A DNA stretch of 64,000 nucleotides from a virus (lineage: Duplodnaviria; Caudoviricetes). Position numbers and translations under genes: made by a program. The stretch lies in the IMG/VR virus record IMGVR_UViG_3300033120_000337, positions 1 through 64,000 of that record. One strand, written 5' to 3'. Each line of letters starts with the position of its first letter. The first letter of the stretch is position 1. Below are positions 1 through 9,658 of this stretch, piece after piece. The notes under the pieces were generated by a model. The model was not told the origin of the DNA, did no database searches, and saw only the letters and a program-made list of their open reading frames with translations.

Positions 1-42
1 TCAGGCCTCCACTCTTGTAGAGATGTGGGATCTTTGGGTGGC

Positions 43-552
43 TCACCTCAAGGAAAGTCTTCGAAGTACCTCATCAGCAATTGCTTCACCCCAAGGAATG
101 CTGCCTTTGATGGTGAAGTGAAGTCCATCTCCTGCCCGAGCCAGAGACGTTGACGTGTGTGGGTAGCTGTCAAAGTAGTCCACACCAAAAATGGATTGGT
201 ACACCGCCCGAATCTGTGCACCCTTCTCTTGATGCTTTGGGTCAGGATACTGAGGGGGCCCGCTGAGAATCACCTTTGGGGCCACTCTGTTCTTGAGTTT
301 CAAGAGAGCTGGCCCCAAGTTCTTGTCGGGAGCGTCGTTAGATCCGAAGATCAATACGATCAAGTCTGGTTTGAAGTTTGAAACCCCATTGACATAGGAT
401 TTCCACAGACTCTCAAGGCGAACATAGTCATAAGGACCCATCCCGACATTCGAGATTCGTTGTGTCTTATGCCCTGCAAGCTTCAGCTTTTTGATAGCAG
501 CTTGACCAGGGTTTACTGACTGGCTGTCCCCAACAAAAAAAATGTTCGACAT
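43..552 (-). CDS. SGNH/GDSL-family hydrolase
   Basis: Blocks FFVGDSQS, LIFGSND and DGLHF match SGNH motifs I, III and V. Confidence 0.7.
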   Translation of the reverse strand: MSNIFFVGDSQSVNPGQAAIKKLKLAGHKTQRISNVGMGPYDYVRLESLWKSYVNGVSNFKPDLIVLIFGSNDAPDKNLGPALLKLKNRVAPKVILSGPPQYPDPKHQEKGAQIRAVYQSIFGVDYFDSYPHTSTSLARAGDGLHFTIKGSIPWGEAIADEVLRRLSLR

Positions 553-579
553 ACCAAGACCACTCTATAGGATGATGAA

Positions 580-876
580 GTGCAGATGACCAACGTAGTT
601 TTCCTTGACACCTTCACATCTTTGGATGAGCTGAAGCCCAAGGAACGGAAAAACCCACTCCTTGTACTCAGAATCCTAGCTCGCGCTCAGAGGTTCTCAG
701 TCTTTGACATGGTCTCTAGTCCGACACTCCAGAAGACAATGAAGCACCTCTTCAACGAAGGTCTTCTTGAGGAGGTCTCAGATGGTTTGTACCCATGGTG
801 CAAGGTAAAGTTGACTGACAAAGGTCAGTCGTTTCTTTCTGAAGGTAAGGTCCCAGATGCTTCTCCAAGACAATGA
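580..876 (+). CDS. hypothetical protein
   Basis: 98 aa ORF overlapping the start of dcd. Confidence 0.5.
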   Translation: MQMTNVVFLDTFTSLDELKPKERKNPLLVLRILARAQRFSVFDMVSSPTLQKTMKHLFNEGLLEEVSDGLYPWCKVKLTDKGQSFLSEGKVPDASPRQ

Positions 877-1423
877 AATCAAAAAGAGAATCCAGAGCCT
901 GTTCCCAGATCATTGGGATCAGCTCACTCAGGAGAATCGAGTACAACCGGCCTCCGTGGATTTGACAGTTGAGGGGCCTCTGATGAGAGTCAGTGCGCCT
1001 GCAACTTCAGATAGCCCCATCCGTCCTGGCAACACTGAACTTCGAGAAGTGTCACAAGTTCGTACAGGTGTGTGGGTCCTACGTCCAGGGACCCTCTACC
1101 TGATCAGTACACGAGAGAAAGTCTCAATTCCTCACGACATGGTAGGGCGCCTGGATGGAAGGTCTTCTTGGGGTCGCTGTGGTCTACGTGTCCACTCAAC
1201 AGCCGGATTCATTGATCCTGGATTCGTGGGTTTGATCACATTGGAACTAGATGTGGTCTCAGAGCCCGTTGAACTCCGATTGGGTGACTCCATCTGCCAG
1301 ATCAGTTTCCAGAGTCTCTTGGGCTCAGCACAGAACCCATACGGTTCTGGTGCAGGTTCCAAGTACCAAAACCAAATGGGAGTCACAGAATCCCGAAGCC
1401 TTGAACTGGGTAAGTCAAAATGA
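857..1423 (+). CDS. dcd: dCTP deaminase
   Basis: VQPASVDL, GRLDGRSSWGRCGL, AGFIDPGFVGLITLEL, ICQISF, PYG..SKYQNQ motifs. Confidence 0.9.
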   Translation: MLLQDNEIKKRIQSLFPDHWDQLTQENRVQPASVDLTVEGPLMRVSAPATSDSPIRPGNTELREVSQVRTGVWVLRPGTLYLISTREKVSIPHDMVGRLDGRSSWGRCGLRVHSTAGFIDPGFVGLITLELDVVSEPVELRLGDSICQISFQSLLGSAQNPYGSGAGSKYQNQMGVTESRSLELGKSK

Positions 1424-1812
1424 GTAGCATCAACCACCCCACCCACTACAACATGGGTGGCGAGAAGGACGCTTCAGGGACTGCAAAGTACGAGACCATC
1501 AAGGTGATCGAAGACTGGGACCTTGATTTCTGTCTCGGGAATGCACTCAAGTACATCCTGAGAGCCCCCTACAAGGGGACTGAGATGGAGGACTTGCTCA
1601 AGGCGAGGTGGTACCTCAACCGCCTTGCTGACCGAGAACCTGTCCAGGTATTTGAGAAGATTTACTCCAAGTTCACCATGTCCTACAGTGACGTGTCCAG
1701 TGCTTGGGGTCTGCCACCAGATCTTCAGGAAACTGTGAAACACATTCGTTTCCACTCAGCAAAGCTCGCTCTGTTGGAACTCAAGAAACACATTGAGTCC
1801 ATAGCGGCTTGA
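1420..1812 (+). CDS. DUF3310-family phage protein
   Basis: INHPTHY...ETIKVIE...FCLGNALKYILRA..KG..EDLLKARWYL. Confidence 0.75.
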   Translation: MSSINHPTHYNMGGEKDASGTAKYETIKVIEDWDLDFCLGNALKYILRAPYKGTEMEDLLKARWYLNRLADREPVQVFEKIYSKFTMSYSDVSSAWGLPPDLQETVKHIRFHSAKLALLELKKHIESIAA

Positions 1813-1824
1813 GAGCAGTTGAAA

Positions 1825-1860
1825 CGAAGAAGGCCAGGGATGTAACCCTGGCCTTCTTCG
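1825..1860. terminator. bidirectional intrinsic terminator-like hairpin
   Basis: Perfect 15-bp inverted repeat cgaagaaggccaggg/ccctggccttcttcg between convergent genes. Confidence 0.7.
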
Positions 1861-1880
1861 TTGGCGCCATAGTAGGTGGT

Positions 1881-2075
1881 TCACTTGACGGACTTGAAAT
1901 GCTCTCTCTTGTTGATGGATTCAACGCACTTCTCTAGTTCTTGGGCTGCCTCATCGTTCCCCTCCATCTTCATGATGGAGATTCGGTTTCGAAGGAAAGC
2001 AGTCACATGCTTGCGTTCATCTTCAGCTGCTTTCACCTGAATGAGAAGAACCTGGAGTTCAGTAATTGCTCCCAT
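1881..2075 (-). CDS. hypothetical protein
   Basis: ATG at 2075 preceded by GGGAGA; coupled to the upstream stop; start moved from track value 2195. Confidence 0.45.
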   Translation of the reverse strand: MGAITELQVLLIQVKAAEDERKHVTAFLRNRISIMKMEGNDEAAQELEKCVESINKREHFKSVK

Positions 2076-2652
2076 TGTTCTCCCGATGATCATTGCAGTA
2101 GAAATGCCTACCTCGCGTTCGTACTGTAGCAAATTGCTCGCACCCCTTTTTAGAGCATGTGTAGGGAGCAATGTAGCTGGATTTGGCAAGTCCATTCACG
2201 ATCTTCTTGTAGCCTAGAGCTTTACAGCCTGAGCACCTATACCGGCCAGTCCAACCCTGAACAGGTTCCCAAGTGTGGGTGTGCTCTTGAATGTCCGACC
2301 CACCAAAAGAAGATGCGAGCATCTCCTCTTCTGACTCAAAGACATCTGCTGTCTGATCCAAGTGTTCCAGCATGCCCATCCGACTCAAGATCTGAGTCAC
2401 CTGGTTCATCTTCCCAAGTTTGATGGAGAAAATCATTGCCCCTGCGCACTGTTGTTCTTGGGGTCCAGGACCTGATTCCTCACGGTCGTCTGATAGATCG
2501 TAGTCCACAGTTGCATGGCAAGAGAAAGTCTTGCCTGGATTGTCAATCGCGTAATGCATGACTTCCGAACATCGCTCTCTACCCAACCTAACAGGACCAG
2601 CGTCTCCACGTAAGAAAGGGCATCCTTTACAAGGCTTCTTCAAATCCAACAT
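2059..2652 (-). CDS. Cys/His-rich putative metal-binding protein
   Basis: AAGGAG RBS before ATG 2652; CxxCPF, CH, C, CxxC and CxxxxC clusters. Confidence 0.6.
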   Translation of the reverse strand: MLDLKKPCKGCPFLRGDAGPVRLGRERCSEVMHYAIDNPGKTFSCHATVDYDLSDDREESGPGPQEQQCAGAMIFSIKLGKMNQVTQILSRMGMLEHLDQTADVFESEEEMLASSFGGSDIQEHTHTWEPVQGWTGRYRCSGCKALGYKKIVNGLAKSSYIAPYTCSKKGCEQFATVRTRGRHFYCNDHRENNGSNY

Positions 2653-2788
2653 CACAGATCTCCTTAGTGGAGTAACGAAATGGTTGCGGTCTTTTCCCCT
2701 CAACCATCAAGAACAGGGAAAAGACACAAGTAGCTTCGTTACCCACAGGCAAAAGTCGTTTGTATGGTGAGAAACTTTCAGGAGAACA

Positions 2789-3370
2789 ATGAACTTCATG
2801 GACAAATCCACGGGATCACTCGAAATCGCTCAGATTTTCTGTGGGGTCTCATTTGCAACTCTCGCACATCATGGGCAGATGCGAGGCGGGGAGCGAACCC
2901 CGTATGTGAACCACGTCTTCGATGTAGCTCGACGGGTCTCCGAACGAGGGTTCACAGACGTCACAACTATCCTTGCGGCGCTCTTGCACGATGTGGTGGA
3001 GGATACTCCCCACACTATCGTGCAAATTCGCGACACCTTTGGAGACTCTGTGGCGGAAATCGTGGGCCATCTAACACTTCCTGTCGATGCTCAGAAAGAC
3101 AAATCTTTGAAGATCCCATACCAGCTCTCGAAGATGGATGTGATGGATTCTCGGGGACGGGCGATCAAGATTGCGGACAAGACCTCCAATGTCTACGACA
3201 TGTTCGTTGACCCTCCTGGATGGACTGCCTCAGGGGTTAAGGCCTACGCCGACTCCTCACGACGAGTAGTTCATGCTGCTTTGTGGGATCCTCAGGTTCG
3301 AAGCCTCATTGATGATTTTGAAGAGGCTTACGAGGTCGTGTCCAAGCACTACAACTGGAGTCCAACGTGA
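2789..3370 (+). CDS. stand-alone HD-domain hydrolase (RelA/SpoT hydrolase, Mesh1-like)
   Basis: AHHGQMR..GERTPYVNH...AALLHDVVEDT...IKIADKTSN. Confidence 0.85.
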   Translation: MNFMDKSTGSLEIAQIFCGVSFATLAHHGQMRGGERTPYVNHVFDVARRVSERGFTDVTTILAALLHDVVEDTPHTIVQIRDTFGDSVAEIVGHLTLPVDAQKDKSLKIPYQLSKMDVMDSRGRAIKIADKTSNVYDMFVDPPGWTASGVKAYADSSRRVVHAALWDPQVRSLIDDFEEAYEVVSKHYNWSPT

Positions 3371-3630
3371 AGAACACTATCCTTCGTATCCGAGCCCGTT
3401 GTACGGATTTGGGGTTGAGTTCAGATGACTTTGCTCTGAAAACAAACATCCCGAGGTCTGTTGCAAAGGCTTTGTTGGGAGGCGATCCAACTCACATGAA
3501 TCATGAAGACCTACTTGAGTTCATCTCCTTGAAGGACCTCCCCGTATTCTGTGAGGTTCTGGAGCGCAGCCCTAGATGGTTGTTGTTCGGGAAGACACCA
3601 GCCAAACGGAATACTGATGGCTGTGGTTGA
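3367..3630 (+). CDS. XRE-like HTH protein
   Basis: LGLSSDDFALKTNIPRS...C.VL..SPRWLLFG pattern of XRE regulators. Confidence 0.6.
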   Translation: MKNTILRIRARCTDLGLSSDDFALKTNIPRSVAKALLGGDPTHMNHEDLLEFISLKDLPVFCEVLERSPRWLLFGKTPAKRNTDGCG

Positions 3631-4147
3631 GAACCACCGTCAGGGTCTCAAGATCCTACGCCAGATGACTCCCTATGCCCAGAGAGTCATCTGGTTGTAC
3701 TACTTTCAGAAGTTGAGCCAGTACCGTATCGCAGAGATTCTTGGGATTGAGCAACCATCAGTCTTCAACCAGCTTGACCGAGCCCGGAAACAGATCCGAT
3801 ACTTCTACGAACTCTCTGTCCTTCGGCTCCCTGAAGACCTTGAGGGAATCGGGTTCACGGAAGACATAACCAAGATGCTCATCTCGTACTACTTCTCCAG
3901 CAGCCAGTCTGTTGCGGCTAGGGAAATTGGGAGATCTCAGGGTTACGTCCGTCACCAAATCCAACTTGCGATTCGCCGACTTCAGGATGCGGGCCGAAAC
4001 AAAGTGGCAGACACTCTGAGTTTCGTGTCTCAAAACCTGAACATCGTCCACAACAACAGACACAGGAAGACGCAAACCTTTGAGGAGGTTGAGTTCCCCG
4101 CAGACCGTGTTGTTGAGGTTCTCAATACCATCCTCGCCAAGGAGTGA
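3617..4147 (+). CDS. protein with two sigma-region-4-like HTH motifs
   Basis: LSQYRIAEILGIEQPSVFNQLDRA and SQSVAAREIGRSQGYVRHQI. Confidence 0.6.
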   Translation: MAVVENHRQGLKILRQMTPYAQRVIWLYYFQKLSQYRIAEILGIEQPSVFNQLDRARKQIRYFYELSVLRLPEDLEGIGFTEDITKMLISYYFSSSQSVAAREIGRSQGYVRHQIQLAIRRLQDAGRNKVADTLSFVSQNLNIVHNNRHRKTQTFEEVEFPADRVVEVLNTILAKE

Positions 4148-4329
4148 ACGTGCCAATCTACGAATACGAGTGTGAGAAGTGCAAGAAGTCGTTTGAAGTA
4201 GAGCAAAAGCTCTCTGAGCCCAAGAAGAAGGATTGCCCTCAAGAAGGATGCACTGGTGAGGTCAAGAGATTGATCTCCACTTCTTCTTTTGTTCTCAAGG
4301 GTGGAGGTTGGGCAAAGGACGGCTACTAG
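4144..4329 (+). CDS. FmdB-family zinc-ribbon protein
   Basis: PIYEYECEKC..SFEV.Q......CP..GC.G.VKRLIS..SFVLKGGGW. Confidence 0.85.
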   Translation: MNVPIYEYECEKCKKSFEVEQKLSEPKKKDCPQEGCTGEVKRLISTSSFVLKGGGWAKDGY

Positions 4330-4370
4330 CCCAACCAAATGTCAACGCTTTAAGCCCATGTTGAGTCGTT

Positions 4371-5024
4371 TTGACTCTTCATGGGGTAATGTTGATGATG
4401 AATAGAACCTACCTCGACACCGAGACTTCAGGTCTCGATCCATACACCCATGAGATTTTGGAAGTTGCTTTCGTGGTGGAGCAACTTCCCACAGACCCCA
4501 ATGGGGTTGGGGAGATCACTAAGATTTGGGAATCCAAGATCAAACCACACCACATCCGTGCCGCTCAAGCCAAGGCACTAGAGGTAAATGGGTACAACCC
4601 AGATGATTGGAAGGATGCACCATACTTCGAGGACGTAGCGGATGAGATCAAAGAGATTCTCTCCGAGGCCTCAGTTTTGGTTGGACACAACCCCAACTTT
4701 GACACGGGATTCCTGACTGCTGCCTTCCGTCGAGAGGGTATGAACCCCTACATCCCGTACCACAAGATTGACTCAGTCACATCTGCGTACGAGGCTTGGG
4801 GATGGGACGGGTCAGGCCAGAAACTCAGTCTGGACAACTTGAGAGACCTTCTGGGGATCCCCAGGAAGAAGTCTCACAGTGCTCTCATCGACACACTGGA
4901 TTGCCGTCGTGTCCTGTATGCAGCCCGCTCGAAGCTCACAGGAATCGTGTACAATCTGGATGCTCTTACAGATGGGGAGAAAGCTCTTCTCAAGCAGCAC
5001 AACTTGCTCCCAACTGGAGAGTGA
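4371..5024 (+). CDS. DEDDh 3'-5' exonuclease (DNA pol III epsilon-like)
   Basis: YLDTETSGL, VGHNPNFD, ID, HSALIDT; true start may be ~4395-4398. Confidence 0.85.
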   Translation: MTLHGVMLMMNRTYLDTETSGLDPYTHEILEVAFVVEQLPTDPNGVGEITKIWESKIKPHHIRAAQAKALEVNGYNPDDWKDAPYFEDVADEIKEILSEASVLVGHNPNFDTGFLTAAFRREGMNPYIPYHKIDSVTSAYEAWGWDGSGQKLSLDNLRDLLGIPRKKSHSALIDTLDCRRVLYAARSKLTGIVYNLDALTDGEKALLKQHNLLPTGE

Positions 5025-5027
5025 CTG

Positions 5028-5417
5028 ATGAAGTTCAGGATCAATGCGTTTGAACTCATGTCCTCGCAACATCATGCTTACCTGATCGGATCCGGGTGCC
5101 ATGCACAGGGCCGTGGTGCTACTGAGCAGGAAGCGCATGCAGCACTTGTTGTGGAGGCAACGGAACTTTACCTTGCGCTGGGACCTTGGCTTGCTGAACA
5201 CATCAGCATGGAAGCGCTTGGGCGTATTGATTCTGACATGCCAACGATGGCTTCGATCGAGCTACGTAGACTGACGAGGCGTAGCGTACTTGAGTTGCGT
5301 GAAGCATCAGAAGCCCTTGAAAGCGAATCGCTTGATGATGCGGTGAAACGCATCATCAAGGAGCGAGACGAAGCACGCTCTGAACTGCGTGCGTTGAAGG
5401 GAGGCGGTGATGAGTGA
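5028..5417 (+). CDS. hypothetical protein
   Basis: In-operon ORF with C-terminal coiled coil. Confidence 0.5.
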   Translation: MKFRINAFELMSSQHHAYLIGSGCHAQGRGATEQEAHAALVVEATELYLALGPWLAEHISMEALGRIDSDMPTMASIELRRLTRRSVLELREASEALESESLDDAVKRIIKERDEARSELRALKGGGDE

Positions 5418-5499
5418 CCCATGGTCCAACTATCACTTTGTATGTGAATTGATAGTTGGCTGATAGTTGTTTTCCGGCTATCGGCGGTAGAGGGTACAC

Positions 5500-5781
5500 A
5501 TGGCCATCGCCTTCACCACCGCTGGAAGAGTAGCTTTCAGAGTAACCATTCAACCGACCCAGAGTAATTTGGGTCGGTTTTCGAATGCAGTGTTCAACAC
5601 TGAAGCTCGGGTGTCGCACATCCAGAGGGTATCCTCGAAGGAGTGGAGAGCAGTCGTCTGGTTGAAGGTCACGTTCGTGCCTCAATTTGAAAACCTGTGT
5701 GCCCCAGATAACTTCGAATTCCTGTCTACGAGAGATCTCGTTCGTGGTCTCCCTAAGACCCGAGGAGATGAGAGTGTATGA
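5500..5781 (+). CDS. hypothetical protein
   Basis: GAGGG RBS; coupled to next gene. Confidence 0.5.
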   Translation: MAIAFTTAGRVAFRVTIQPTQSNLGRFSNAVFNTEARVSHIQRVSSKEWRAVVWLKVTFVPQFENLCAPDNFEFLSTRDLVRGLPKTRGDESV

Positions 5782-6464
5782 GCATCCCATTTGACCCCAA
5801 AAGAGTCTCAATCATCCACCTCTTAGGACCAAAGTCCCCGCACCTTTTGGTTCGGGGGAACATGCCAATCTCTGAGGATGGTTCCTTCACGTACTCGGAG
5901 ATAGAGACCTGCCTCAACCTGGATTTCTCTGCGGATCGATTTGTCAGTGTGAGTCTGATTGACAACACAGGCGAGCGAGATTCCTGGGCTCTGGAACTCC
6001 AAGCTTTTCAGGCTTCTCCAAACACCTTCCCAAAAGAAGAGTGGCCTCCATACCTCCGTCAACCAAAATGGGAACCCCGAACACTCTTGGGCTCAGGTAA
6101 CCTGACTTTTGGGAGATACAACAAGAGGCGGAAGGACTCTTACCTAGTCTGGTGGCCTATTGAGGGGATGTCACCTTCTGACAAACCTGAAGTCTTCTTG
6201 AAGGCCCCAGGTTGGGACTTCTCTGGGGTTGTGGAGTACCTATATGGGCTCTACACGAATCTTGAGGAGCCCAACACGGTCATCTACTTCCACTGCATGC
6301 TGGGAGCAGATAGGACAGGGGCCGTCCATGCTGGATTGCTAGTGCGAGCAGGTCTGGATGTTGAAACGGCTCTAGCTCTAACGTCCTCTGAAACCGCAGC
6401 CGGAGCCCCAAGCCCTGACTATCAGAGGTTGATTCGTGCCTACGCGGAATCAAGAGAGAACTGA
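5778..6464 (+). CDS. cysteine-based (CX5R) tyrosine/dual-specificity phosphatase-fold protein
   Basis: VIYFHCMLGADRTG = HCxxGxxR(T/S) signature. Confidence 0.8.
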   Translation: MSIPFDPKRVSIIHLLGPKSPHLLVRGNMPISEDGSFTYSEIETCLNLDFSADRFVSVSLIDNTGERDSWALELQAFQASPNTFPKEEWPPYLRQPKWEPRTLLGSGNLTFGRYNKRRKDSYLVWWPIEGMSPSDKPEVFLKAPGWDFSGVVEYLYGLYTNLEEPNTVIYFHCMLGADRTGAVHAGLLVRAGLDVETALALTSSETAAGAPSPDYQRLIRAYAESREN

Positions 6465-6465
6465 A

Positions 6466-6541
6466 TAGGCGTCCCCGGATTTGAACCGAGACATGCAACG
6501 TTATGAGCGCTGGGTTCTGAAACCAGTTGAACTAGACGCCC
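6466..6541 (-). tRNA. tRNA with CAT anticodon (Ile2/lysidine type or Met)
   Basis: Reverse complement gives a cloverleaf: acceptor GGGCGTC/GACGCCT, anticodon arm CAGCG-CTCATAA-CGTTG, T-loop TTCAAAT. Confidence 0.8.
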
Positions 6542-6585
6542 TAGTCACTGAGAGTTTGGGTCAGTGCACCCATTTGTGGTCTTTC

Positions 6586-6915
6586 TTAGAACATCCTCTC
6601 ATCCACTGCAACCATTTTCGAGAGTCTTCGGTGTTCTGCATCCAAGGCTCTCAGGCAGTTTTGCCACCTCCTAACAGCGTCAAATTCTTGAGTCTCCTGA
6701 AAGACCCAACCTTCTTGACTAGAAGCAAAGTCTAAGACCTGAGATAGATCGAGAATTTTGGCATAGGCACTGTAGGGGTTCGTGCAGCTAGGCCCTGAAA
6801 AAATCCAAGAAGCCTTGCCACCATAGAGCTTATTGACAATGTGTCTCCGAACTAGCTCACGCACCTTGGACACTCGACGCAATTTGGGTGTCGGGTCGTA
6901 TGTTCGGTAGACCAT
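6586..6915 (-). CDS. hypothetical protein
   Basis: 109 aa ORF filling the gap. Confidence 0.5.
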   Translation of the reverse strand: MVYRTYDPTPKLRRVSKVRELVRRHIVNKLYGGKASWIFSGPSCTNPYSAYAKILDLSQVLDFASSQEGWVFQETQEFDAVRRWQNCLRALDAEHRRLSKMVAVDERMF

Positions 6916-6995
6916 GTGTTGGTATTACTCTCAAGGGGGATTTTCAGGGAGTAATGTAGCGGGCAACCCAACCCACCATGAGTGAGGACAGATAA

Positions 6996-7301
6996 ATGCA
7001 ATTCCAGGTCAAGCGATGTGATGGAACAACAGACCTTCTTACAGAAGAGGGGATTCGGTCAGCTGTGAGCATGGGCTCTCTTGTTTTTGAGGTCATGGAC
7101 CACAGTGGGGACGTGAAAAAGATTTGGGACCCAACAAAGCCTGTTGAGGTTGAGGACGCGGAGTTGTCCTTCAAGAATCTGACTTCCAAAGGCTACCGTG
7201 CCTACAAGACTGATGAGAAGGGTGACAAAGGAGAGCAGATGAAGAGCTTTGAGGCCTCGGCTGGAAGAGTGATCTTCGTGCCTCAAATGCAGGGTGGTTG
7301 A
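6996..7301 (+). CDS. hypothetical protein ending in Gly-Gly
   Basis: GAGGA RBS; C-terminus VPQMQGG. Confidence 0.7.
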   Translation: MQFQVKRCDGTTDLLTEEGIRSAVSMGSLVFEVMDHSGDVKKIWDPTKPVEVEDAELSFKNLTSKGYRAYKTDEKGDKGEQMKSFEASAGRVIFVPQMQGG

Positions 7302-7405
7302 TGCCAGCCCTTCCGAGTAGCCACCCATACCCGCTGGAAGAGTGATCTTCGTGCCTCAAATGCAGGGTGGTTGATGCCAGCCCTTCCGAGTAGCCACCCA
7401 TACCC
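7260..7405 (+). repeat. exact 73-bp tandem duplication across a gene junction
   Basis: 7260-7332 is identical to 7333-7405. Confidence 0.95.
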
Positions 7406-8024
7406 TGCCTACACAAGCGCATCTAGTGCTAGTGTGGTGTCAGGAGTGGTTTGGGCAAGCTGGGTTGGGATGTCGACGTCAACAGCATCTTCGGTGACGA
7501 TTTCGACAACAGCAGCAATCTGGGGCAATTGGAACCAGGTTTCATACGTACATGGCGCGGCCGCTCCTAGAAAACCAGTCTCTCTGACTGAAGAGCAACG
7601 TGAAGAGCAACGTCTTGCAAACCTTGCACGTGAAAATGCAAGAGCTGCTGAAGTAGCTGCACGTAAGGCTGAGAAAGAAGAGTCTGACAAACGTGCTGAG
7701 GCTCTACTTCAAGCACATCTCTCAGCTGAGCAAAAGGAACAACTAGCCAGAGAAGACTGGTTCCTCGTTGATTCAAAGTCGGGTAAGAAGTACAGGATCA
7801 ACAGAGGGCGGGTTGCGAACATTGATGTCCTTGATGAAAATGATGTTGTTGTCCGAAGCCTTTGCGTGCACCCTAGGGACACAGTCCCTGACGCAGACAC
7901 TATGTTGAGCCAGTCCCTGATGCTGAAGTACGACGAGGAGGACTTGCTCAAGATGGCGAACGTACATCCCATCAACCACAGATTTCGACGTAACCCCCTT
8001 GTACAGGGAAGAGCAGTTGGATGA
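7374..8024 (+). CDS. hypothetical protein
   Basis: Ser/Thr/Trp-rich N-terminus, coiled coil, C-terminal LCVHP...DTMLSQ.L.L..DE domain. Confidence 0.7.
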   Translation: MPALPSSHPYPAYTSASSASVVSGVVWASWVGMSTSTASSVTISTTAAIWGNWNQVSYVHGAAAPRKPVSLTEEQREEQRLANLARENARAAEVAARKAEKEESDKRAEALLQAHLSAEQKEQLAREDWFLVDSKSGKKYRINRGRVANIDVLDENDVVVRSLCVHPRDTVPDADTMLSQSLMLKYDEEDLLKMANVHPINHRFRRNPLVQGRAVG

Positions 8025-8272
8025 GCCACTCCAAATCTGAGAAGACTGATCTCATGCGAAGCATAGTTCGCATCCCCCTAGGTTCCTATCCAGAACGAGA
8101 TGCTGAGATACGGGACGCATGGCATGGGGTAGCACCCAAAAAACCCGTGGGGATTTCAGAGTTCATGGATGCACTTGGGATAGCCACAGACAATCCAGCA
8201 CGCCGCATTGCACAGAAGATGGCTGAGGATCCAGAACTGTCTGCCATCATCTTTCGTCAACCTCCTCGATAA
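8021..8272 (+). CDS. hypothetical protein
   Basis: ATGA overlap with upstream gene. Confidence 0.5.
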   Translation: MSHSKSEKTDLMRSIVRIPLGSYPERDAEIRDAWHGVAPKKPVGISEFMDALGIATDNPARRIAQKMAEDPELSAIIFRQPPR

Positions 8273-8348
8273 CCCAATGAGGACCTCCAAGAAGCTCTAC
8301 CTTTGAAAAGAGGTGGGGCTTCTTCATTCTGAAGAGTAATGTTCAAGA

Positions 8349-9332
8349 ATGACCTTCCCATTCGACATTGATAAGCACACTGTCTACCTCGTTCGGCATG
8401 GCTCCCATGCGTATGGGACAAACTTGCCAGACTCAGATCAGGACTCGAAGGGGTTTCTGATCTCACCGAGAGAGATCGTGAATGGGTTTGCTTTCCAGTT
8501 CGAACAGAAGGAAATCAATCCGAAGAACGCTCCAGAGGGAACCAAACCTGAGGATGTGATTGACAGAGTTGTCTACGACATTCGGAAGTTCTGCTTACTG
8601 GCCGCTCAGTGCAACCCCAACATCATTGAGATCCTCTTTGTGGATGACAGTGATGTCCTCTCCATGACAGAGGCTGGGAAGCTGATTCGGGATAATCGAG
8701 AACTCTTCTTGTCGAAGAAGATCCAAGCAACCTTCGCGGGTTATGCCTTCGCGCAACTCAAGAGGATTCAGAGTCACCGAAAGTGGCTCTTGGACCCTCC
8801 AAAGGAATGCCCAAAGAGAGAAGATTTTGGTCTAGGGGCCGTGAAGGTCACCCCTGACATGTTGGGAGCCATGGACAAGATCTCTTCTCTGAAAGAGGGG
8901 GAAAACCAGTCCTTTGAGATCGACCCAAATGTCATGCAACTCGTACAGAGGGAGAAGGAGTACCGATCTGCACGCCAACACTGGGACCAGTACCACTCCT
9001 GGAAAGAGACTCGAAACATCAAACGGGCAGGCTTGGAAGCCAAGTTTGGGTACGACTCAAAGCACGCTATGCATCTGGTTCGGTTGCTTCGCATGTGCCG
9101 GGAGATTGTTGAGGGTAAGGGCGTGATTGTGAAACGCCCGGATGCCAAGGAACTCCTTGCGGTCCGAGCTGGAGAATGGACCTACGATCAGTTGGTGGGG
9201 TGGGCCAAGAAGGCTGAGGAAGAGACACGAGTTTTGTCAAAGATGTCCCCTCTTCCGGATGCTCCAGACATGAGAAAACTGAACGACCTCTGCATTCAGG
9301 CTCAAGAGTTGTTCTGGGCCAACGGAAGGTAG
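8349..9332 (+). CDS. RlaP-type (Pol-beta superfamily) nucleotidyltransferase
   Basis: GSHAYGTNLPDSDQDSKG, CNPNIIEILF, GYDSKHAMHLVRLL...LLAVRAGE. Confidence 0.85.
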   Translation: MTFPFDIDKHTVYLVRHGSHAYGTNLPDSDQDSKGFLISPREIVNGFAFQFEQKEINPKNAPEGTKPEDVIDRVVYDIRKFCLLAAQCNPNIIEILFVDDSDVLSMTEAGKLIRDNRELFLSKKIQATFAGYAFAQLKRIQSHRKWLLDPPKECPKREDFGLGAVKVTPDMLGAMDKISSLKEGENQSFEIDPNVMQLVQREKEYRSARQHWDQYHSWKETRNIKRAGLEAKFGYDSKHAMHLVRLLRMCREIVEGKGVIVKRPDAKELLAVRAGEWTYDQLVGWAKKAEEETRVLSKMSPLPDAPDMRKLNDLCIQAQELFWANGR

Positions 9333-9334
9333 AC

Positions 9335-9658
9335 ATGAAAGCACACCTCTACAGCCAGTCCTTCAGCCATGGTGATGCGTACATTGTGGCGGATGCAGAA
9401 GGATTGAATGCACTCAAGGATGCTTGTGACAAAGCTCTAGCGAGAGGGTCCGCAGCTTTTGAATCTTCATCAAGAGATGGTGAGGGGTTTGCTTTGTTCG
9501 TCTTGCATGTAGAATCCAAAGACCCAAAGTGGGATCAGCTCCTCCTCCCCTACATTGATGGAGAACCTGTGTTCCCAAATGGGACACCACCATTTTCAGT
9601 TCTTGGAGCCCAAAGGTACCGTGAACTGCATGCCAAAATCAAAGAGGTGAACCCTTGA
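9335..9658 (+). CDS. hypothetical protein
   Basis: In-operon ORF. Confidence 0.55.
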   Translation: MKAHLYSQSFSHGDAYIVADAEGLNALKDACDKALARGSAAFESSSRDGEGFALFVLHVESKDPKWDQLLLPYIDGEPVFPNGTPPFSVLGAQRYRELHAKIKEVNP

